A stretch of DNA of 64,000 bases from the human T2T-CHM13v2.0 reference genome, Homo sapiens. The DNA lies in assembly GCF_009914755.1 (NCBI RefSeq), contig NC_060925.1; one strand, written 5' to 3'. The notes beneath the pieces are model-generated. The model saw only the letters and a list, made by a program, of their open reading frames with translations, made no database searches and was not told the DNA's origin. Every line of letters starts with the position of its first letter. Positions within the stretch are counted from its first letter, which is position 1. Positions 55,063-64,000 of the stretch are shown one piece after another. The position numbers and the translations under genes are program-made.

Positions 55063-58000
55063 ATGGAATCGTCATCGAATGAATTGAATGCAATCATCGA
55101 ATGGTCTCGAATGGAACCATCTTCTAATGGAAAGGAATGGAATCATCGCATAGAATCGAATGGAATTATCATCGAATGGAATCGAATGGTATCAACACCA
55201 AACGGAAAAAAACGGAATTATCGAATGGAATCGAAGAGAATCTTCGAACGGACCCGAATGGAATCATCTAATGGAATGGAATGGAATAATCCATGGACTC
55301 GAATGCAATCATCATCGAATGGAATCGAATGGAATCATCGAATGGACTCGAATGGAATAATCATTGAACGGAATCGAATGGAATCATCATCGGATGGAAA
55401 CGAATGGAATCATCATCGAATGGAAATGAAAGGAGTCATCATCTAATGGAATTGCATGGAATCATCATAAAATGGAATCGAATGGAATCAACATCAAATG
55501 GAATCAAATGGAATCATTGAACGGAATTGAATGGAATCGTCATCGAATGAATTGAATGCAATCATCGAATGGTCTCGAATGGAATCATCTTCAAATGGAA
55601 TGGAATGGAATCATCGCATAGAATCGAATGAAATTATCATCGAATGGAATCGAATGGAATCAACATCAAACGGAAAAAAACGGAATTATCGAATGGAATC
55701 GAAGAGAATCATCGAATGGACCCGAATGGAATCATCTAATGGAATGGAATGGAATAATCCATGGACTCGAATGCAATCATCATCGAATGGAATCGAATGG
55801 AATCATCGAATGGACTCGAATGGAATAATCATTGAACGGAATCGAATGGAATCATCATCGGATGGAAATGAAAGGAGTCATCATCTAATGGAATTGCATG
55901 GAATCATCATAAAATGGAATCGAATGGAATCAACATCAAATGGAATCAAATGGAATCATTGAACGCAATTGAATGGAATCGTCATCGAATGAATTGAATG
56001 CAATCATCGAATGGTCTCGAATGGAATCATCTTCAAATGGAATGGAATGGAATCATCGCATAGAATCGAATGGAATTATCATCGAATGGAATCGAATGGA
56101 ATCAACATCAAACGGAAAAAAACGGAATTATCGAATGGAATCGAAGAGAATCATCGAATGGACCCGAATGGAATCATCTAATGGAATGGAATGGAATAAT
56201 CCATGGACTCGAATGCAATCATCATCGAATGGAATCAAATGGAATCATCGAATGGACTCGAATGGAATAATCATTGAACGGAATCGAATGGAATCATCAT
56301 CGGATGGAAATGAATGGAATCATCATCGAATGGAATCGAATAGAATTATGGAATGAAATCCAGTGTGATCATCATCGAATGGACCCGAATGGAATCATCA
56401 AACAACGGATGCTAATGGAATCAACATCGAATGAATCAAATGGAAACACCATCGAATTGAAACGAATGGAATTACCATGAAATTGAAATGGATGGACTCA
56501 TCATCGAATGGATTCGAAAGGAATCATCGAATAAAATTGATTGAAATCATCATCGAATGGAATCGAATGGTATCATTGAATGGAATCGAATGGAATCATC
56601 ATCAGATGGAAATGAATGGAATCGTCATAGAATGGAATCGAATGGATTCATTGAATGGAATCAGATGGAATCATCGAATGGACTGGAATGGAATCATTGA
56701 ATGGACTCGAAAGAGATCATGATTGAATGGAATTGAATGGAATCATCGAATGGTCTCGATTGGAATCATTATCAAATGGAATCGAATGGAATCACCGAAT
56801 AGAATCGAATGGAACAATCATCGAATGGACTCAAATGGAATTATCCTCCAATGGAATCGAATGGAATTATCGAATGAAATCGAATGGAATTATCGAATGC
56901 AATCGAATAGAATCATCGAATGGACTCGAATGGAATCATCGAATGGAATGGAATGGAACAGTCAATGAACTCGAATGGAATCATCATTGAATGGAATCGA
57001 ATGGAATCATCGAGTGGAATCGAATGGAATTATGATCAAATGGAATCGAATGTAATCATCATCAAATGGAATCAAAAATAACCATCATCAATTGGTATTG
57101 AATGGAATTGTCATCAAATGGAATTCAAAGGAAACATCATCAAATGGAACCGAATGGAATCCTCATTGAATGGAAATGAAAGGGGTCATCATCTAATGGA
57201 ATCGCATGGAATCATCATCAAATGGAATCGAATGGAATCATCATGAAATGGAATCTAATGGAATCATTGAACAGAATTGAATGGAATCGTCATCGAATGA
57301 ATTGAATGCAATCATCGAATGGTCTCGAATGGAACCATCTTCTAATGGAAAGGAATGGAATCATCGCATAGAATCGAATGGAATTATCATCGAATGGAAT
57401 CGAATGGTATCAACACCAAACGGAAAAAAACGGAATTATCGAATGGAATCGAAGAGAATCTTCGAACGGACCCGAATGGAATCATCTAATGGAATGGAAT
57501 GGAATAATCCATGGACTCGAATGCAATCATCATCGAATGGAATCGAATGGAATCATCGAATGGACTCGAATGAAATAATCATTGAACGGAATCGAATGGA
57601 ATCATCATCGGATGGAAACGAATGGAATCATCATCGAATGGAAATGAAAGGAGTCATCATCTAATGGAATTGCATGGAATCATCATAAAATGGAATCGAA
57701 TGGAATCAACATCAAATGGAATCAAATGGAATCATTGAACGGAATTGAATGGAATCGTCATCGAATGAATTGAATGCAATCATCGAATGGTCTCGAATGG
57801 AATCATCTTCAAATGGAATGGAATGGAATCATCGCATAGAATCGAATGAAATTATCATCGAATGGAATCGAATGGAATCAACATCAAACGGAAAAAAACG
57901 GAATTATCGAATGGAATCGAAGAGAATCATCGAATGGACCCGAATGGAATCATCTAATGGAATGGAATGGAATAATCCATGGACTCGAATGCAATCATCA

Positions 58001-61000
58001 TCGAATGGAATCGAATGGAATCATCGAATGGACTCGAATGGAATAATCATTGAACGGAATCGAATGGAATCATCATCGGATGGAAATGAAAGGAGTCATC
58101 ATCTAATGGAATTGCATGGAATCATCATAAAATGGAATCGAATGGAATCAACATCAAATGGAATCAAATGGAATCATTGAACGGAATTGAATGGAATCGT
58201 CATCGAATGAATTGAATGCAATCATCGAATGGTCTCGAATGGAATCATCTTCAAATGGAATGGAATGGAATCATCGCATAGAATCGAATGGAATTATCAT
58301 CGAATGGAATCGAATGGAATCAACATCAAACGGAAAAAAACGGAATTATCGAATGGAATCGAAGAGAATCATCGAATGGACCCGAATGGAATCATCTAAT
58401 GGAATGGAATGGAATAATCCATGGACTCGAATGCAATCATCATCGAATGGAATCAAATGGAATCATCGAATGGACTCGAATGGAATAATCATTGAACGGA
58501 ATCGAATGGAATCATCATCGGATGGAAATGAATGGAATCATCATCGAATGGAATCGAATAGAATTATGGAATGAAATCCAGTGTGATCATCATCGAATGG
58601 ACCCGAATGGAATCATCATCCAACGGATGCTAATGGAATCAACATCGAATGAATCAAATGGAAACACCATCGAATTGAAACGAATGGAATTACCATGAAA
58701 TTGAAATGGATGGACTCATCATCGAATGGATTCGAAAGGAATCATCGAATAAAATTGATTGAAATCATCATCGAATGGAATCGAATGGTATCATTGAATG
58801 GAATCGAATGGAATCATCATCAGATGGAAATGAATGGAATCGTCATAGAATGGAATCGAATGGATTCATTGAATGGAATCAGATGGAATCATCGAATGGA
58901 CTGGAATGGAATCATTGAATGGACTCGAAAGAGATCATGATTGAATGGAATTGAATGGAATCATCGAATGGTCTCGATTGGAATCATTATCAAATGGAAT
59001 CGAATGGAATCACCGAATAGAATCGAATGGAACAATCATCGAATGGACTCAAATGGAATTATCCTCCAATGGAATCGAATGGAATTATCGAATGAAATCG
59101 AATGGAATTATCGAATGCAATCGAATAGAATCATCGAATGGACTCAAATGGAATCATCGAATGGAATGGAATGGAACAGTCAATGAACTCGAATGGAATC
59201 ATCATTGAATGGAATCGAATGGAATCATCGAGTGGAATCGAATGGAATTATGATCAAATGGAATCGAATGTAATCATCATCAAATGGAATCAAAAATAAC
59301 CATCATCAATTGGTATTGAATGGAATTGTCATCAAATGGAATTCAAAGGAAACATCATCAAATGGAACCGAATGGAATCCTCATTGAATGGAAATGAAAG
59401 GGGTCATCATCTAATGGAATCGCATGGAATCATCATCAAATGGAATCGAATGGAATCATCATCAAATGGAATCTAATGGAATCATTGAACAGAATTGAAT
59501 GGAATCGTCATCGAATGAATTGAATGCAATCATCGAATGGTCTCGAATGGAACCATCTTCTAATGGAAAGGAATGGAATCATCGCATAGAATCGAATGGA
59601 ATTATCATCGAATGGAATCGAATGGTATCAACACCAAACGGAAAAAAACGGAATTATCGAATGGAATCGAAGAGAATCTTCGAACGGACCCGAATGGAAT
59701 CATCTAATGGAATGGAATGGAATAATCCATGGACTCGAATGCAATCATCATCGAATGGAATCGAATGGAATCATCGAATGGACTCGAATGAAATAATCAT
59801 TGAACGGAATCGAATGGAATCATCATCGGATGGAAACGAATGGAATCATCATCGAATGGAAATGAAAGGAGTCATCATCTAATGGAATTGCATGGAATCA
59901 TCATAAAATGGAATCGAATGGAATCAACATCAAATGGAATCAAATGGAATCATTGAACGGAATTGAATGGAATCGTCATCGAATAAATTGAATGCAATCA
60001 TCGAATGGTCTCGAATGGAATCATCTTCAAATGGAATGGAATGGAATCATCGCATAGAATCGAATGGAATTATCATCGAATGGAATCGAATGGAATCAAC
60101 ATCAAACGGAAAAAAACGGAATTATCGAATGGAATCGAAGAGAATCATCGAATGGACCCGAATGGAATCATCTAATGGAATGGAATGGAATAATCCATGG
60201 ACTCGAATGCAATCATCATCGAATGGAATCGAATGGAATCATCGAATGGACTCGAATGGAATAATCATTGAACAGAATCGAATGGAATCATCATCGGATG
60301 GAAATGAAAGGAGTCATCATCTAATGGAATTGCATGGAATCATCATAAAATGGAATCGAATGGAATCAACATCAAATGGAATCAAATGGAATCATTGAAC
60401 GGAATTGAATGGAATCGTCATCGAATGAATTGAATGCAATCATCGAATGGTCTCGAATGGAATCACCTTCAAATGGAATGGAATGGAATCATCGCATAGA
60501 ATCGAATGGAATTATCATCGAATGGAATCGAATGGAATCAACATCAAACGGAAAAAAACGGAATTATCGAATGGAATCGAAGAGAATCATCGAATGGACC
60601 CGAATGGAATCATCTAATGGAATGGAATGGAATAATCCATGGACTCGAATGCAATCATCATCGAATGGAATCGAATGGAATCATCCAATGGACTCGAATG
60701 GAATAATCATTGAACGGAATCGAATGGAATCATCATCGGATGGAAATGAATGGAATCATCATCGAATGGAATCGAATAGAATTATGGAATGAAATCCAGT
60801 GTGATCATCATCGAATGGACCCGAATGGAATCATCATCCAACGGATGCTAATGGAATCAACATCGAATGAATCAAATGGAAACACCATCGAATTGAAACG
60901 AATGGAATTACCATGAAATTGAAATGGATGGACTCATCATCGAATGGATTTGAAAGGAATCATCGAATAAAATTGATTGAAATCATCATCGAATGGAATC

Positions 61001-64000
61001 GAATGGTATCATTGAATGGAATCGAATGGAATCATCATCAGATGGAAATGAATGGAATCGTCATAGAATGGAATCGAATGGATTCATTGAATGGAATCAG
61101 ATGGAATCATCGAATGGACTGGAATGGAATCATTGAATGGACTCGAAAGAGATCATGATTGAATGGAATTGAATGGAATCATCGAATGGTCTCGATTGGA
61201 ATCATTATCAAATGGAATCGAATGGAATCACCGAATAGAATCGAATGGAACAATCATCGAATGGACTCAAATGGAATTATCCTCCAATGGAATCGAATGG
61301 AATTATCGAATGCAATCGAATGGAATTATCGAATGCAAACGAATAGAATCATCGAATGGACTCGAATGGAATCATCGAATGGAATGGAATGGAACAGTCA
61401 ATGAACTCGAATGGAATCATCATTGAATGGAATCGAATGGAATCATCGAGTGGAATCGAATGGAATTATGATCAAATGGAATCGAATGTAATCATCATCA
61501 AATGGAATCAAAAATAACCATCATCAATTGGTATTGAATGGAATTGTCATCAAATGGAATTCAAAGGAAACATCATCAAATGGAACCGAATGGAATCCTC
61601 ATTGAATGGAAATGAAAGGGGTCATCATCTAATGGAATCGCATGGAATCATCATCAAATGGAATCGAATGGAATCATCATGAAATGGAATCTAATGGAAT
61701 CATTGAACAGAATTGAATGGAATCGTCATCGAATGAATTGAATGCAATCATCGAATGGTCTCGAATGGAACCATCTTCTAATGGAAAGGAATGGAATCAT
61801 CGCATAGAATCGAATGGAATTATCATCGAATGGAATCGAATGGTATCAACACCAAACGGAAAAAAACGGAATTATCGAATGGAATCGAAGAGAATCTTCG
61901 AACGGACCCGAATGGAATCATCTAATGGAATGGAATGGAATAATCCATGGACTCGAATGCAATCATCATCGAATGGAATCGAATGGAATCATCGAATGGA
62001 CTCGAATGGAATAATCATTGAACGGAATCGAATGGAATCATCATCGGATGGAAACGAATGGAATCATCATCGAATGGAAATGAAAGGAGTCATCATCTAA
62101 TGGAATTGCATGGAATCATCATAAAATGGAATCGAATGGAATCAACATCAAATTGAATCAAATGGAATCATTGAACGGAATTGAATGGAATCGTCATCGA
62201 ATAAATTGAATGCAATCATCGAATGGTCTCGAATGGAATCATCTTCAAATGGAATGGAATGGAATCATCGCATAGAATCGAATGGAATTATCATCGAATG
62301 GAATCGAATGGAATCAACATCAAACGGAAAAAAACGGAATTATCGAATGGAATCGAAGAGAATCATCGAATGGAACCGAATGGAATCATCTAATGGAATG
62401 GAATGGAATAATCCATGGACTCGAATGCAATCATCATCGAATGGAATCGAATGGAATCATCGAATGGACTCGAATGGAATAATCATTGAACAGAATCGAA
62501 TGGAATCATCATCGGATGGAAATGAAAGGAGTCATCATCTAATGGAATTGCATGGAATCATCATAAAATGGAATCGAATGGAATCAACATCAAATGGAAT
62601 CAAATGGAATCATTGAACGGAATTGAATGGAATCGTCATCGAATGAATTGAATGCAATCATCGAATGGTCTCGAATGGAATCATCTTCAAATGGAATGGA
62701 ATGGAATCATCGCATAGAATCGAATGGAATTATCATCGAATGGAATCGAATGGAATCAACATCAAACGGAAAAAAACGGAATTATCGAATGGAATCGAAG
62801 AGAATCATCGAATGGACCCGAATGGAATCATCTAATGGAATGGAATGGAATAATCCATGGACTCGAATGCAATCATCATCGAATGGAATCAAATGGAATC
62901 ATCGAATGGACTCGAATGGAATAATCATTGAACGGAATCGAATGGAATCATCATCGGATGGAAATGAATGGAATCATCATCGAATGGAATCGAATAGAAT
63001 TATGGAATGAAATCCAGTGTGATCATCATCGAATGGACCCGAATGGAATCATCATCCAACGGATGCTAATGGAATCAACATCGAATGAATCAAATGGAAA
63101 CACCATCGAATTGAAACGAATGGAATTACCATGAAATTGAAATGGATGGACTCATCATCGAATGGATTCGAAAGGAATCATCGAATAAAATTGATTGAAA
63201 TCATCATCGAATGGAATCGAATGGTATCATTGAATGGAATCGAATGGAATCATCATCAGATGGAAATGAATGGAATCGTCATAGAATGGAATCGAATGGA
63301 TTCATTGAATGGAATCAGATGGAATCATCGAATGGACTGGAATGGAATCATTGAATGGACTCGAAAGAGATCATGATTGAATGGAATTGAATGGAATCAT
63401 CGAATGGTCTCGATTGGAATCATTATCAAATGGAATCGAATGGAATCACCGAATAGAATCGAATGGAACAATCATCGAATGGACTCAAATGGAATTATCC
63501 TCCAATGGAATCGAATGGAATTATCGAATGAAATCGAATGGAATTATCGAATGCAATCGAATAGAATCATCGAATGGACTCGAATGGAATCATCGAATGG
63601 AATGGAATGGAACAGTCAATGAACTCGAATGGAATCATCATTGAATGGAATCGAATGGAATCATCGAGTGGAATCGAATGGAATTATGATCAAATGGAAT
63701 CGAATGTAATCATCATCAAATGGAATCAAAAATAACCATCATCAATTGGTATTGAATGGAATTGTCATCAAATGGAATTCAAAGGAAACATCATCAAATG
63801 GAACCGAATGGAATCCTCATTGAATGGAAATGAAAGGGGTCATCATCTAATGGAATCGCATGGAATCATCATCAAATGGAATCGAATGGAATCATCATCA
63901 AATGGAATCTAATGGAATCATTGAACAGAATTGAATGGAATCGTCATCGAATGAATTGAATGCAATCATCGAATGGTCTCGAATGGAACCATCTTCTAAT
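55063..64000 (+). repeat. Four further 2218-bp units, array continues past window end
   Basis: A-module starts 55063, 57281, 59499, 61717, 63935. Confidence 0.93.

Larger units (their letters stand above)
1..64000 (+). repeat. Human Satellite II (HSat2) tandem array, ~1.77-kb chr1q12-type family, GAATG-rich strand on +
   Basis: Continuous gaatggaatc / atcatcgaatgg / tcgaatggaatc motifs with abundant TCGA, typical of HSat2 rather than pure (GGAAT)n HSat3. The 1776-bp period with an EcoRI site (ggaattcaaagg at 30, 1806) matches the known 1.77-kb chr1 satellite unit. Chromosome and species are inferred from unit length only. Confidence 0.95.

Noticed and set aside
190-63644. Hundreds of 60-192 aa + strand ORFs (MESSSNGIEWNH...)
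   Set aside because: They are translations of GAATG/ATC repeats, overlap in several frames, recur with the DNA period and are broken by stops at random between copies. No recognisable domain.
1-64000. CRISPR-like regularly spaced repeats
   Set aside because: There are no unique spacers or cas genes. The sequence is eukaryotic satellite.
1-64000. HSat3 / DYZ1 or alpha satellite assignment
   Set aside because: There are no long perfect GGAAT runs, no 171-bp monomer and no CENP-B box seen. The 3552-bp spacing is a dimer of 1776, not DYZ1.

Overview
The whole 64-kb window is one uninterrupted, single-orientation tandem array of human-type Satellite II (HSat2). It is built from degenerate GAATG/GGAAT pentamers, CATC/ATC triplets and TCGA-rich 23-26-bp elements. 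The ancestral period is 1776 bp with one EcoRI site, which matches the ~1.77-kb chromosome 1q12 pericentromeric repeat (pUC1.77/D1Z1-like, HSat2A2-type). I see no credible gene, RNA gene, transposon insertion or inversion, and the ORF track is an artefact of the repeat. I did not find a new coding system. What is informative is the higher-order structure. A unique landmark (aatccagtgtgatc, the 68-aa pseudo-ORF) occurs 32 times with spacings 1776 x7, 2218 x16, 1750 x4, and one each of 1923, 1308, 1574 and 2244. Most of these lengths are sums of a 1308-bp segment plus 468-bp and/or 442-bp modules. A heterogeneous 1776-bp domain (1-19.7 kb) passes through chimeric units into a homogeneous 2218-bp variant expansion (19.7-64 kb). 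That expansion carries nested 6654-bp and 5718-bp super-repeats and a ~8-kb block repeated 30956 bp away. All comparisons were made by eye and from ORF-track coordinates, not by alignment.
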